DNA of 64,000 nucleotides, from the NCBI GenBank assembly GCA_964645605.1, contig CAZYCE010000005.1:362-64361 (forward strand), given 5' to 3'. The notes below the pieces were generated by a model that was not told the DNA's origin, did not search any database, and saw nothing but the letters and a program-made list of their open reading frames with translations. Positions 45,925 to 58,364 of this stretch are shown one piece after another. The stretch is from an uncultured Gammaproteobacteria bacterium. GTDB lineage: Bacteria; Patescibacteriota; Microgenomatia; UBA8517. Position 1 is the stretch's first letter. The number at the start of each line of letters is the position of its first letter. The position numbers and the translations under genes were made by a program.

Positions 45925-46542
45925 CTATTCCGTGACTATGCATTCATTAGTTCCGATACACTCGACGCCAAGGCAACTTCCGTAGGTTGGTGTACATATG
46001 GGTTCACAACCCGAACCTTGAACTATCTGCTCTATCTGAACACATGTACCATCTATGCATCCATACGTATAGGGACACGAAACACTTCCGCCAACCGTAA
46101 TTTGTGGTGCATTCGGGGAAGAAACATAAAAGTTGTACAAGCTGCCCGGTCCTATACCCTCAAGAATTTGGGCATCATTTTTATTTTCCAAAACTGTATA
46201 TATCCTGAACCACTTTGCGCAATCTTGGCCGTCTGTTTCGTATATATACGGGCCTTTTGTATGCGGATCACAGGGAACATTGCTTAGATAGGGGTGTATC
46301 GGAATATCTACGGAGTAACCACAAGCCGTTAAAGCCGGCGGATAGCAATTGTGATCCTTTTCGTATTCTTCGACGGCTATTTTAATCCTGTTTAAGTCGG
46401 CTTTTCTTCGTGCGTCAAATCCTTTAGAAATTTGTTTAATGTAGGCAGTGGCCGCAAGTGCAATTAAAAGTCCAATGATTGCAACCACAACCAGCAGTTC
46501 AATTAAAGTAAAGGCCTTGTAAAGCTTTTCTGTCATATGCAA
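45925..46542 (-). CDS. Type IV pilin with Cys-rich C-terminal domain
   Basis: 'YKAFTLIELLVVVAIIGLLIAL ... ARRKADL'. The C-terminal half has at least 12 Cys, suggesting multiple disulfides. Confidence 0.65.
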   Translation of the reverse strand: MHMTEKLYKAFTLIELLVVVAIIGLLIALAATAYIKQISKGFDARRKADLNRIKIAVEEYEKDHNCYPPALTACGYSVDIPIHPYLSNVPCDPHTKGPYIYETDGQDCAKWFRIYTVLENKNDAQILEGIGPGSLYNFYVSSPNAPQITVGGSVSCPYTYGCIDGTCVQIEQIVQGSGCEPICTPTYGSCLGVECIGTNECIVTE

Positions 46543-47306
46543 CCAAAAAGGATTGATATTTTATCTCCAAATATAAATGTCAAGGCAATCCCGGCAATTA
46601 AAAACGGACCAAAGGCTATTTTGGTTTTCATTTTTGCCTTACCCAATAAAATAAGTATGGTTCCAACAATCCCCCCTGTCAAGAAAGATAAAAAGAGCCA
46701 GGTAGGAAGATTAACCAGCCCGACAAGCATTCCGCCAAATACGGCAAATTTAACATCCCCCAAACCCATTCCGCGCCCCTTTGTTAAAAGGTGGATAAGC
46801 ATCAAGAACGAGGCTGCAAGAAACCCCGGGAATAATGTGGTAAATATTGATTGGTGGGTAATAAATTGCGAATATATTAAGACTATAAAAATGCCGGCAA
46901 AAACCAGAGAGTCGGGGATTATCTGATGCTCCAAATCTATTACCAAAATAGTAAATAAGACAACAAATATCGCAAGCATCAGAATCAATTGAAAAATACC
47001 ATATCCGCCTTGAAAGGTTGATCCTTGCAAGGTGGAAAAATAATAGATCAAAGAGAAGCCTACACCCGATGTAAGCTCGATGGTGGGGTAGCGGATTGAA
47101 ATTTTCTTTTTACAGTTCCGGCAACGCCCGCCAAGAATCAGATAGGAAATAAGTGGAATATTGTCATACCAGGCAATTTGGTGTTCGCAATTCGGACACA
47201 TGCTCCTACCATTAACAAAAGATATATTTCTCGGAATTCGGTAGGAAATCGCCGCCGCGAAAGAGCCAAAACATAATCCGCAAACAAATAAAAAAAGGGC
47301 AATCAT
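46533..47306 (-). CDS. pilD: Prepilin peptidase (A24 family, PilD)
   Basis: N-terminal zinc-binding CxxC...CxxC (CPNCEHQ...CRNCKKK). Catalytic Asp-containing TM segments (ILVIDLEHQIIPD; GRGMGLGDVK). Confidence 0.85.
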   Translation of the reverse strand: MIALFLFVCGLCFGSFAAAISYRIPRNISFVNGRSMCPNCEHQIAWYDNIPLISYLILGGRCRNCKKKISIRYPTIELTSGVGFSLIYYFSTLQGSTFQGGYGIFQLILMLAIFVVLFTILVIDLEHQIIPDSLVFAGIFIVLIYSQFITHQSIFTTLFPGFLAASFLMLIHLLTKGRGMGLGDVKFAVFGGMLVGLVNLPTWLFLSFLTGGIVGTILILLGKAKMKTKIAFGPFLIAGIALTFIFGDKISILFGCI

Positions 47307-47334
47307 TAATTTATTTTAGCAGAAAGAAGACCCG

Positions 47335-47874
47335 TTAGGGGAGACAGGAATAATAGACTTCGTTAGCGGCATCACAGGCTTCGTCCGGAAAATCGTCGGG
47401 TGTACCGCTGGTGCATCTTTCTTTAGCTTCAGTCTTAAAAGAACTGGATAGAGGCTCAAAACAGACATAAGTGCTTTCGCCTTGCAATCCGGAATTATAT
47501 ACAAACAACTTATTATAATCTGCACCGGTTATTCTATCAGTAAAAGACGCCTTTATTTCACCTGTACCGACAGCACTTAACTTAGACAAGACTGCATCTG
47601 TACCATCATTCCAACCATCTCCAACCTCCACCCAGCCTGTGGGTTGTGAGGTTGTTGCTTCCGTTACCCAAGGATAATGACCAATCGAAGCATAATACCT
47701 GTCTACCGCACCCAAAAGCTGTTCCGCGTCGGAACGGCTACCCGTATCCCTGCTTCTATTAATTTGCTCAATGGGGTTAATGGCGGAAAGAACCGCGACT
47801 GCCAAAATACCTAGGACTGCGATAACTATAAGAAGTTCGATTAATGTGAAACCTCGAGCAGTTCTTTGTTTCAT
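47335..47874 (-). CDS. Type IV pilin (candidate major pilin, first pilin gene after pilC)
   Basis: 'ARGFTLIELLIVIAVLGILAVAVLSAI'. Located between pilC and pilD like pilA in many loci. Confidence 0.7.
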   Translation of the reverse strand: MKQRTARGFTLIELLIVIAVLGILAVAVLSAINPIEQINRSRDTGSRSDAEQLLGAVDRYYASIGHYPWVTEATTSQPTGWVEVGDGWNDGTDAVLSKLSAVGTGEIKASFTDRITGADYNKLFVYNSGLQGESTYVCFEPLSSSFKTEAKERCTSGTPDDFPDEACDAANEVYYSCLP

Positions 47875-47955
47875 ATTTGTTTAATAATTAAGTATCAATC
47901 CTACAAAAATTCTTGTCAATAGGCAATTTTGAACCTAAATATTACACCGTTTACT

Positions 47956-49161
47956 CTAAAAGGCGCTGGACAAACTATAAATCGGCAATATTACGGCAAT
48001 CACCAAAAATCCCACACCAAGCCCCAGTATAACCATTACAACCGGCTCGATTGCCGAGGTTAATCCCTTGACCTTCTCATCGCTTTCCACCTCAAATATA
48101 CGACTGAGGTTGCCCAATATTTCTTCCATTTTGCCGGTTTCCTCACCGACAGCCACCATCTGACTAAGAATAAACGGGAATGCTTCCGGGTGCTTTGAAA
48201 AGGCAAAAGCAACAGGGAAACCCTTTTCAACTTGATTGGCGGCATCCGTTAAGGCCTCCGAGATAATGGTGTTACCGGCAACATCGGAGCTGATATGCAG
48301 TGCCTCCAATATAGACACGCCCGCTCCCACCATCATAGAAAGGGTGCGGGTAAGATCTGTAAGAATTATCTGGCGCTGCAGCGGGCCATAAATCGGAATT
48401 TTGAATATCAGCTCATCTACCTTGCGTCTACCCTCGGGGGTTGCTTTAAAAAGGCGGAAAATATAAAAGCCCACCAATAAAACAGCAAAAATTACAAACC
48501 AATATTTTGTTACAAAACCGGATACGGCAATCAAAATTCTTGTCGGAGCCGGAAGTGTTGCATTCATATCCGAATAGAGTGACAAAAGTTTAGGGATAAC
48601 AAAGATTAGCATTACGACTGCAACAATAACCATCCCGACAATAATTATGATCGGGTAAATAAGGGCGCCTTTGACTTTACTGCCGAATTCCTGCTGCTTT
48701 TCCAGATTGTCCGCAAGTCTTAAAAGAACCGCATCAAGGACACCTCCCACTTCTCCCGATTTAACAAGAGCGATATATGTTTTTCCAAAAACCTGGGGGT
48801 GCTTCAAAAGGGCATTGGAAAAAGATTCTCCCGCCTCAACATCGGCAAGAAGCTGGGCAATAATTGCCTGAAGGGATTTTTTAGACTGTGAACGAAGGAT
48901 CAAAAGTGCCTCGGTAATGGGAAGGCCGGCATTGATCATCGTCGAAAGCTGGCGGGTGAAGGTGGCAACATCTGAGGACGTAACTTTTTCCTTTCTTTTA
49001 CCTATCAATGAGAATATCGAACCCATTTTGGGATTCAATAAAATCACAAAAAGTCCCTTGCTTTTTATAAGCTTTGCGGCAGCATTAGCATCCGGCGCCT
49101 CAACTTCGCCTTTTACTACTCTTCCGGCGTGATCTTTTGCTTTGTAATTGAAACGCTTCAT
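47956..49161 (-). CDS. pilC: Type IV pilus inner-membrane platform protein PilC (GspF family)
   Basis: Two GspF-type repeats, each with a cytoplasmic domain and TM helices. 401 aa. Confidence 0.85.
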   Translation of the reverse strand: MKRFNYKAKDHAGRVVKGEVEAPDANAAAKLIKSKGLFVILLNPKMGSIFSLIGKRKEKVTSSDVATFTRQLSTMINAGLPITEALLILRSQSKKSLQAIIAQLLADVEAGESFSNALLKHPQVFGKTYIALVKSGEVGGVLDAVLLRLADNLEKQQEFGSKVKGALIYPIIIIVGMVIVAVVMLIFVIPKLLSLYSDMNATLPAPTRILIAVSGFVTKYWFVIFAVLLVGFYIFRLFKATPEGRRKVDELIFKIPIYGPLQRQIILTDLTRTLSMMVGAGVSILEALHISSDVAGNTIISEALTDAANQVEKGFPVAFAFSKHPEAFPFILSQMVAVGEETGKMEEILGNLSRIFEVESDEKVKGLTSAIEPVVMVILGLGVGFLVIAVILPIYSLSSAF

Positions 49162-49172
49162 CGATGGGGTTT

Positions 49173-50231
49173 TTAAACGCCGCGGACCAGTCTCATTAAC
49201 TCGTCAGGTCTTAGGGACCATGTTTCCGCCTCTTCCAGTGTAACTTCTCCGTTTTTAACCAGAGTAGCAAGGGATTTCTCCAAGGTGGACATTCCGGTTT
49301 CCTGAGAAGTCTCAAGAATGCTTTCTATCTGGTGAGTCTTACCTTCACGAATGGCGGTTTTTATGGCGGTTGTTCCAAGCATGACCTCATAGGCAACGAC
49401 TCTACCTTTTTGGGTGGCCGGAATAAGCCTTTGAGAAAATACCGCCTCGATTACATTTGAAAGCTGAAGCTTGACCTGTTTTTGTTGCTCTTCGGGAAAA
49501 ACATCAACAATCCTGTCGATGGATTGGGCCGCCGAATTGGTATGCAGTGTGGCAAAAACAAGATGTCCGGTCTCGGCAACGGTCAGGGTCGCCGCAATGG
49601 TTTCATAATCGCGCATTTCTCCAACTAGCACAACGTCCGGGTCTTCCCTCAGAACAGATCTCAAGGCAATTTCCCAAGAGTGTGTGTCGCTTCTCATTTC
49701 CCTTTGGGAAATTATCGATTTGATTGGGTTAAAAATAAACTCAACGGGATCCTCAATTGTAACAATGTGACACGCCCTATTTTTATTGATTTCCTGAAGC
49801 ATTGTGGCAAGAGTAGTTGATTTTCCGTGACCAGTAGGTCCCGTAATTAAAACAAGTCCCTGCCTAAGGGTAGTAAAAGAATGCAGAAGCGGGGGAAGAC
49901 CCAGTGATTCCATGGTGGGAATTGTTAAAGGAATCAGTCTGAAGGCGGCCGCGTATGAATTTTTTTGTGTGTAAGCATTGACCCTAAATCTTCCTTTTTC
50001 CGAGAACGAAAGAGAAAAGTCCAGTTCTTTATTGACACTCAAGCGCTCCAATTGTTCGTTGGTAAGAATCTGTCTTAAAAGTTCACCTATCGCATCGGGA
50101 GTTAAAACACTTGTACCGGGAACCGGCGCAAGAACTCCATTGATTCTGATCATTGGCGGAATACCGACGATCAAATGAAGGTCACTGGCACTACTGTCTA
50201 CCACCATTTGGAGCAGTTGTTTGGTTTCCAT
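49173..50231 (-). CDS. pilT: Twitching-motility / pilus retraction ATPase PilT
   Basis: Walker A 'GPTGHGKSTT', Asp box, His box, and the PilT-specific 'AIREGKTHQIES' (AIRNLIREGK-like) motif. 352 aa. Confidence 0.85.
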   Translation of the reverse strand: METKQLLQMVVDSSASDLHLIVGIPPMIRINGVLAPVPGTSVLTPDAIGELLRQILTNEQLERLSVNKELDFSLSFSEKGRFRVNAYTQKNSYAAAFRLIPLTIPTMESLGLPPLLHSFTTLRQGLVLITGPTGHGKSTTLATMLQEINKNRACHIVTIEDPVEFIFNPIKSIISQREMRSDTHSWEIALRSVLREDPDVVLVGEMRDYETIAATLTVAETGHLVFATLHTNSAAQSIDRIVDVFPEEQQKQVKLQLSNVIEAVFSQRLIPATQKGRVVAYEVMLGTTAIKTAIREGKTHQIESILETSQETGMSTLEKSLATLVKNGEVTLEEAETWSLRPDELMRLVRGV

Positions 50232-50234
50232 ATT

Positions 50235-51983
50235 TTATTCTTGAGCAACACGCAGTACCTCTTCCACTGTAGTAATTCCTTCGACAACTTTCAAGTACCC
50301 ATCCTGTTTTAAGCTAATCATACCCTCTTCTTTACCCTGAGCATCTATTTCTGCAGCTGATGCACGTTCCAGAATTAATTTGCTGATTTTTTCCGTGACC
50401 GGCAAAACTTCAAAAATTCCGACTCTACCGTAATAACCGGAATTGCTACAATCCGGATCCCCCTTACCTTTATAAAACTTTACCTCCCCTTGAGGCTTCC
50501 AGAGCGGACCCAGTTCCTTTTGAACATTTTGCACAACCGGTGCTTCCGGAACATAAGCCTCCTTACAATCTTCGTGAATCCTTCTGACAACACGCTGCGC
50601 AACGATGCAGGTCATGGATGAAGCCAAAAGATACGGTTCCGCCCCCATATCCAATAAACGGGGAAGTGCACCGGATGCGTCATTGGTGTGCAAAGTAGAG
50701 AAAACCAAATGCCCGGTAAGAGAAGCTTGAATAGCCAAATCCGCAGTCTCTTGGTCACGGATCTCACCGACAAGAATAATGTTGGGGTCTTGCCTTAAAA
50801 ATGCCCTAAGTCCTCCCGCGAACGTAAGTCCCGCGGCAGGATTGATTTGAACCTGGTTAACGCCCGGAATTTTATACTCAACAGGGTCTTCCAGGGTCAC
50901 AATATTAACCTTCGAAGTGTTAAGTTTAGAGATGACGGAATATAAAGTAGTCGTTTTCCCGGAACCGGTCGGACCACAAATAAGTATGATCCCGTGGGGT
51001 CTTAGTATTGAATCCTGGAGATTTTTCAAACCCCTTCCCCTTAATCCAAGTTCAGGAAGATCGGGAACCCCACCGCTTTTTTTCAGAAGCCTCATAACGA
51101 TTTTTTCGCCCCAAGTGGTCGGCAAAGAGGATATACGGAGATCAACTTCCGCATCACTTCCTTTAAAATTAAATCTTCCGTCCTGAGGGATTCTTTTTTC
51201 ATCGATTTTCATTCCGCTTAAAATTTTTATTCTTGAAATAAGCGATTCGTGAAGCTCTTTAGGAATAGAAAGCTTTTCCTGTAATATTCCGTCAATACGG
51301 TAACGCACACGAGTGGACCTTTCCCCGGCCTCTATATGAACATCTGAGGCTCTGCTTTTAATGGCAAAGTCGAGTATTTGATCAACTATCTGGGCAATTT
51401 TCTCCTCACGAATAAATCCGCCTTTTGTTTTTTCGATTGCCGCAAGCTCTTCCTGTGCCGGAGCGACATCTTTCATCGCAGCGGTAACTTCTTGAGTAAG
51501 GGTGTTTGCGTAACGTGTCTGAATAAAATCTTCGATTTGCTTGGGAAGGGCTGCCTGGGGTTTAACGTGCATGCCCGTTTTTTGCTCGATAAACTCAATG
51601 GCGGAAAGATCCAAGGGGTCCGCCATTGCTAAAGTCATGCTTTTTTCTTTTATGTCTATTCCAACCGGGAAAACTTTAAAACGCTCGGCGACTTCAGACG
51701 GCAGGGCGGATAGAGCAGCCGGTGCAATGGGGGTAACCTCCAGATTAACAAAAGGAATATTATAAAGCTGAGATTTGGCCTGAACCAATTTTTCTTCAGG
51801 AACCATTTGTCCCTTCCTTATAATGTCCTCTTGTGGAGAGCCGCTTTGGATTTCAACCAGTTTTATCTTTTCAGCCCGTTTGCTGTCTAAAGCTCCAAGT
51901 TTAACCAAAACATCGGCAAGAGTATCTGGAACTCCATTTGTCTGATTTTGTACCGGTTGGGCAGTGGGCGGCATATCATCCAT
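50235..51983 (-). CDS. pilB: Type IV pilus assembly ATPase PilB (GspE family)
   Basis: N-terminal GSPII domain, Walker A 'GPTGSGKTTT', and a tetracysteine-like C-terminal region (CKEAY ... CSNSGYYGR). Confidence 0.85.
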   Translation of the reverse strand: MDDMPPTAQPVQNQTNGVPDTLADVLVKLGALDSKRAEKIKLVEIQSGSPQEDIIRKGQMVPEEKLVQAKSQLYNIPFVNLEVTPIAPAALSALPSEVAERFKVFPVGIDIKEKSMTLAMADPLDLSAIEFIEQKTGMHVKPQAALPKQIEDFIQTRYANTLTQEVTAAMKDVAPAQEELAAIEKTKGGFIREEKIAQIVDQILDFAIKSRASDVHIEAGERSTRVRYRIDGILQEKLSIPKELHESLISRIKILSGMKIDEKRIPQDGRFNFKGSDAEVDLRISSLPTTWGEKIVMRLLKKSGGVPDLPELGLRGRGLKNLQDSILRPHGIILICGPTGSGKTTTLYSVISKLNTSKVNIVTLEDPVEYKIPGVNQVQINPAAGLTFAGGLRAFLRQDPNIILVGEIRDQETADLAIQASLTGHLVFSTLHTNDASGALPRLLDMGAEPYLLASSMTCIVAQRVVRRIHEDCKEAYVPEAPVVQNVQKELGPLWKPQGEVKFYKGKGDPDCSNSGYYGRVGIFEVLPVTEKISKLILERASAAEIDAQGKEEGMISLKQDGYLKVVEGITTVEEVLRVAQE

Positions 51984-52059
51984 TATGAAGAATTTTGGTC
52001 AGTCTCGCAAGTCCGCGCTTGACTTAGCAATTTTAAATTGTAAATTGTTAGTTACTACT

Positions 52060-54640
<2,581 letters not shown>

Positions 54641-54701
54641 ACTCCACAAAAAACCCGGATCTGATTACTGTGACATATTCATCCCCGGGTCTTTTCAAAA
54701 A

Positions 54702-54842
54702 TTATCCACTCATTGAGATAGCTGCCAATACAAAAATAAGAATTGCCAATACAATCAACAAAATACTTAATTTGTTGTCTACGTCTTTATGCAAAACACT
54801 CTTGTGGGCAACTTTTTTAACTGATTTTTTTGCTTTCGCCAT
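54702..54842 (-). CDS. Small tail-anchored membrane protein (46 aa), not in the ORF track
   Basis: ATG at complement 54840..54842 is preceded by SD GAGGTGA (7-nt spacer). MAKAKKSVKKVAHKSVLHKDVDNKLSILLIVLAILIFVLAAISMSG: basic N-terminus plus one TM helix. Confidence 0.4.
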   Translation of the reverse strand: MAKAKKSVKKVAHKSVLHKDVDNKLSILLIVLAILIFVLAAISMSG

Positions 54843-54898
54843 TTTTTAATCACCTCATTCCCTGTATTTACCAGTATCGTGCTATTTGAAAGAATAAG

Positions 54899-55498
54899 TC
54901 AAGAGGATTTAGGGATCTGAAGAAAATAATGAATCCGATTTTTATAATCACCCCGCCTATAGGAGGGCAGGGAAGCATCCTCATAAGTGCAAAGACCGCT
55001 TATCTTTATATTTCTAATTTTAACTTTACATCTCAAAAGTTGTTGTTTCGCAACTTCGCCTAAATCAAGGTGTGTCTTTTCGTCGATTGTTTTTAGGGCT
55101 TTAGGATAATTAGAAAAAAGGGCTGCCACATCTTCTTTTACCTCGTAGTGCAGCGAGCAAATATGTGGTCCGATTTCTACAGTTAAGTCTGCCGGGTTAA
55201 CTCCGAAGTTTTTGACCATTTCCAAAATGGCATTTTCGATAATTCCCATATTGAGCCCACGCCAACCGGCATGAACAAGACCTATACTATTGGTAACGGA
55301 GTCATAAAGAGCAAGCGGGATGCAGTCGGCAACAGATATTTTTAAAAAAATTGCCGAATCGTTTGTAACAAGCCCGTCACAACCAATAATGGTCTTCCCT
55401 TTGTCCTTGGAAGAAACCACCGCGACTTTTGAACCATGGATCTGATCCATTCCCACACAATTGTCATTATTAATTTTTCGATTCTTCACTAAAATCAT
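54899..55498 (-). CDS. pgeF: YfiH/PgeF-family purine-nucleoside phosphorylase / peptidoglycan editing factor (DUF152)
   Basis: 'SVADCIPLALYD' and 'HAGWRG', plus 'GPHIC', the family's conserved Cys/His triad. This is the short form, 199 aa. Confidence 0.75.
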   Translation of the reverse strand: MILVKNRKINNDNCVGMDQIHGSKVAVVSSKDKGKTIIGCDGLVTNDSAIFLKISVADCIPLALYDSVTNSIGLVHAGWRGLNMGIIENAILEMVKNFGVNPADLTVEIGPHICSLHYEVKEDVAALFSNYPKALKTIDEKTHLDLGEVAKQQLLRCKVKIRNIKISGLCTYEDASLPSYRRGDYKNRIHYFLQIPKSS

Positions 55499-55530
55499 AA
55501 TTTATATTCAAAATTCTACCATTAAATTAA

Positions 55531-55566
55531 CTATTGAAAAACAAAAAACGTTAATTTATAATTCTC
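55531..55566 (+). promoter_or_regulatory. Consensus sigma70-type promoter (TTGAAA-17-TATAAT) upstream of hppA
   Basis: TTGAAA, a 17-nt spacer, then TATAAT. A 6-bp-stem hairpin (GGCTCA-CGGCGT-TGAGTC) plus a T-run lies between it and the ATG. Confidence 0.45.
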
Positions 55567-55607
55567 GCAAAGGCTCACGGCGTTGAGTCTTTTAATTTTC
55601 CTATAAT

Positions 55608-57632
55608 ATGGATATACAACTTATTGCATTATTCGCTGCCCCGCTTACAGCAATCATTGCCCTTGTTTATGGACTTATACTGACAAAGAGAATTATCAAA
55701 GAAAGCGAGGGGTCGGGCAAACTTCAAGCAATAGGAAAAGCCGTAAGAGAGGGAGCCATGAGTTACCTCAAAAAACAATTTAGTGTTGTTTTCCCAATAA
55801 TGGCAGTTCTTGCAATCGTAATTGCCTTTACATTAGGAAAGGGGGTTGCCATTACCTTTCTTATGGGTGCAATATTTAGCGCAATCATAGGATTTTTCGG
55901 TATGTGGATTGCGGTACGGGCCAATGTCAGAACCGCCAACAACGCGATCAAGGGGCTTGCTCCCGCTTTAAAGACAGCTTTTGGCGCAGGCACCGTTAAC
56001 GGAATGCTTGTTGTCGGACTCGGGCTTCTCGGAGTCTCCTTAATCTATATGTGGTCGTACTTTACATACATTCCCATGGGTGCAGATGCAGTTGCCGCCC
56101 ATGCCACAGACGTTTTGGTAGGCTACGGATTCGGGGCCGCACTTTTGGCACTTTTTATGAGAGTTGGAGGCGGAATATTTACCAAAGCCGCTGATGTTGG
56201 AGCAGATCTTGTCGGAAAAATTGAAAAGGGAATTCCCGAAGACGATCCCAGAAATCCCGCAACTATTGCAGATAACGTGGGAGATAACGTGGGAGATTGT
56301 GCCGGGATGGCAGCTGACGTTTTTGAGTCATATGCTTTGACAATCGTTGCAGCTATGATCCTTGGCGGGGCTCTTTTTGGACTCAAAGGTGTAGTTTTTC
56401 CTCTTCTGGCCCGAAGCGGTGCAGTTTTAACCTCAATTTTGGGGACTTTCTTTGTTAAAGCAAGAAATGAGAACGAAAGCCCGTTAAATCCGCTTGTCAG
56501 AGGTTTTATAGTTTCGGCCGTTGCCGCCGTAATTATTTTTATGCTTTTGGCCATATTCCTTCTTCAGGAGCCCAAAGCCGGATACGCCGCGGTTACGGGA
56601 ATTATCGCAATGCTTGCGCTTTTATTCTTAACCAAACATTACACGGGGCCCGGAGAAAAGCCGATCATAGCAATTGCTAAATCCTCCCAGACGGGAGCCG
56701 GAACGAACCTTATCTCGGGATTGTCGATAGGCATGGAGTCTACATTCTTCTCGGTTCTAATTATTGCGGCCACAATATTCGCAGGTTATCTTCTGCTCGG
56801 ATTTTACGGAATCTCACTTGCCGGTATGGGAATGCTTGCGACAACCGGAATTATTATGTCTCTGGATACTTTTGGTCCGATCTCCGATAATGCTCAGGGT
56901 ATGGTCGAAATGGCGGGTTTGAAAGGTAAAGCTCCGAAAGTTACAGCGGATCTGGACGCCGTAGGAAATACCACAAAGGCCCTGACTAAAGGCTTTGCGG
57001 TTGGATCCGCGGCTGTTGCCGCGACGAGCCTTTTTGCGACCTATTTTGAAGCTACCGGTCTGACCACTATCGACATTGCTCATCCCAAAGTGTTTGTCGG
57101 TGTACTTTTGGGCGGCGCTCTGCCATTCCTTTTCTCATCCAGACTTATCGGTTCAGTGGGACGTGCAGCCTTCGAGGTTGTTGAAGAAGTCAGACGCCAA
57201 TTCAGAGAAATCAAGGGAATCATGCAAGGAAAAGCTTTGCCTGATTACAGTAAAGCTATCGCCATCGTAACCGCCGCTGCACAAAAAGAATTGGTCATAC
57301 CGGCGGCCCTTGTTGTCATCATGCCTATTCTTGTAGGTCTTTTGGGGGCTCAAGCTTTGGGTGGTTTTTTGGGAGGAGCAGTGGTTGTAGGACTAATGCT
57401 TGCATTCTTTATGTGCAATACAGGAGGAGCTTGGGATAATGCCAAAAAATATATCGAGGATGGAAACATGGGCGGCAAAGGAAGCGATACTCATAAAGCC
57501 GCGGTCGTAGGGGACACGGTCGGAGATCCGCTTAAAGATACTGCCGGCCCTGCATTAAACCCTATGATGAAAATTATCCAAATTGTTGCCCTTCTTATAG
57601 CGCCTCTTGTAATTACCTTAATAGGTAAATAA
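55608..57632 (+). CDS. hppA: Membrane-bound H+/Na+-translocating pyrophosphatase
   Basis: '[16 protein letters not shown]', '[17 protein letters not shown]', and C-terminal '[13 protein letters not shown]'. About 16 TM helices. 674 aa. Confidence 0.9.
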   Translation: MDIQLIALFAAPLTAIIALVYGLILTKRIIKESEGSGKLQAIGKAVREGAMSYLKKQFSVVFPIMAVLAIVIAFTLGKGVAITFLMGAIFSAIIGFFGMWIAVRANVRTANNAIKGLAPALKTAFGAGTVNGMLVVGLGLLGVSLIYMWSYFTYIPMGADAVAAHATDVLVGYGFGAALLALFMRVGGGIFTKAADVGADLVGKIEKGIPEDDPRNPATIADNVGDNVGDCAGMAADVFESYALTIVAAMILGGALFGLKGVVFPLLARSGAVLTSILGTFFVKARNENESPLNPLVRGFIVSAVAAVIIFMLLAIFLLQEPKAGYAAVTGIIAMLALLFLTKHYTGPGEKPIIAIAKSSQTGAGTNLISGLSIGMESTFFSVLIIAATIFAGYLLLGFYGISLAGMGMLATTGIIMSLDTFGPISDNAQGMVEMAGLKGKAPKVTADLDAVGNTTKALTKGFAVGSAAVAATSLFATYFEATGLTTIDIAHPKVFVGVLLGGALPFLFSSRLIGSVGRAAFEVVEEVRRQFREIKGIMQGKALPDYSKAIAIVTAAAQKELVIPAALVVIMPILVGLLGAQALGGFLGGAVVVGLMLAFFMCNTGGAWDNAKKYIEDGNMGGKGSDTHKAAVVGDTVGDPLKDTAGPALNPMMKIIQIVALLIAPLVITLIGK

Positions 57633-57641
57633 GCACTTCGG

Positions 57642-58295
57642 TTGAACTCCGTCCGGTTTAGATACTATACTGATGGTAGCAGCATGAGACGTTTTTCATT
57701 TGTCCTCATTGTAACGGGAATTGCAATTATTCTTTTTATCTTCGGTCCTGTCATTAAACAAGAGCTGGGTTACACCTTTGACAAATGGGCCGGTGTCAGA
57801 CACTCGGTTGAACCAAATGCTGCTTTAAATTTTCAAAAGCCAATTGTAATCCCAAATACGGATTTTTCGATAATTATTCCGAAGATAAACGCTTCCGCTC
57901 CGGTTATAGATGATGTTAATTCCACCGATTCCGCGGAGTATCTTAAAGCTCTAAAAAATGGCGTTGCCCATGCCAGGGGAACTCCTTATCCCGGACAGAT
58001 TGGAAACGTGTATCTTTTTGCCCACTCAACCGACGCTTTTTACAATGTAGGCAGATACAATGCGGTATTCTTCCTGATAGGGCATCTTACCCCGGGCGAT
58101 GAAATTGACATTTTTTACCGGGGCAGACTTTATAAATATGTTGTTTATGACAAAAAAGTAGTTGATCCTACAAGTGTTGAGTATTTGGGAACTTTAATAG
58201 ACGGTGAGAAAACATTGACGCTCCAAACTTGCTATCCTCCCGGGACAACACTAAAGAGACTTGTAGTTTTGGCAAAATTGGGTAACCTAGAATAG
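57642..58295 (+). CDS. Sortase (transpeptidase, class A/E-like)
   Basis: N-terminal TM anchor, catalytic His 'YLFAHS', Cys in 'TLTLQTCYP' (TLxTC), and Arg in 'TTLKRLVV'. Confidence 0.75.
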   Translation: MNSVRFRYYTDGSSMRRFSFVLIVTGIAIILFIFGPVIKQELGYTFDKWAGVRHSVEPNAALNFQKPIVIPNTDFSIIIPKINASAPVIDDVNSTDSAEYLKALKNGVAHARGTPYPGQIGNVYLFAHSTDAFYNVGRYNAVFFLIGHLTPGDEIDIFYRGRLYKYVVYDKKVVDPTSVEYLGTLIDGEKTLTLQTCYPPGTTLKRLVVLAKLGNLE

Positions 58296-58315
58296 TTATT
58301 GGCGTGGGGATAAAT

Positions 58316-58343
58316 TTGACAACCCCTAATCTGATAGTATAAT
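58316..58343 (+). promoter_or_regulatory. Sigma70-type promoter (TTGACA-16-TATAAT) of the giant surface protein gene
   Basis: TTGACA 58316..58321 and TATAAT 58338..58343. The ATG is only about 10 nt downstream of the predicted TSS. Confidence 0.45.
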
Positions 58344-58364
58344 CGGAAATTAGATGAAGAAATT
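58330..58364 (+). repeat. 35-bp direct repeat copy A (TCTGATAGTATAATCGGAAATTAGATGAAGAAATT): -10 box + 5'UTR + start codon module
   Basis: Identical 35-mer at 62932..62966. Both copies span the TATAAT, the short leader, and the ATGAAGAAA start of a signal peptide. Confidence 0.85.

Noticed and set aside
38583-51983. PilQ secretin / PilP within the pilus locus
   Set aside because: Looked for a large beta-rich secretin ORF adjacent to pilMNO. None is present in the window. The gene after pilO on that strand is absent: rpsP and the KH-protein gene are on the other strand.
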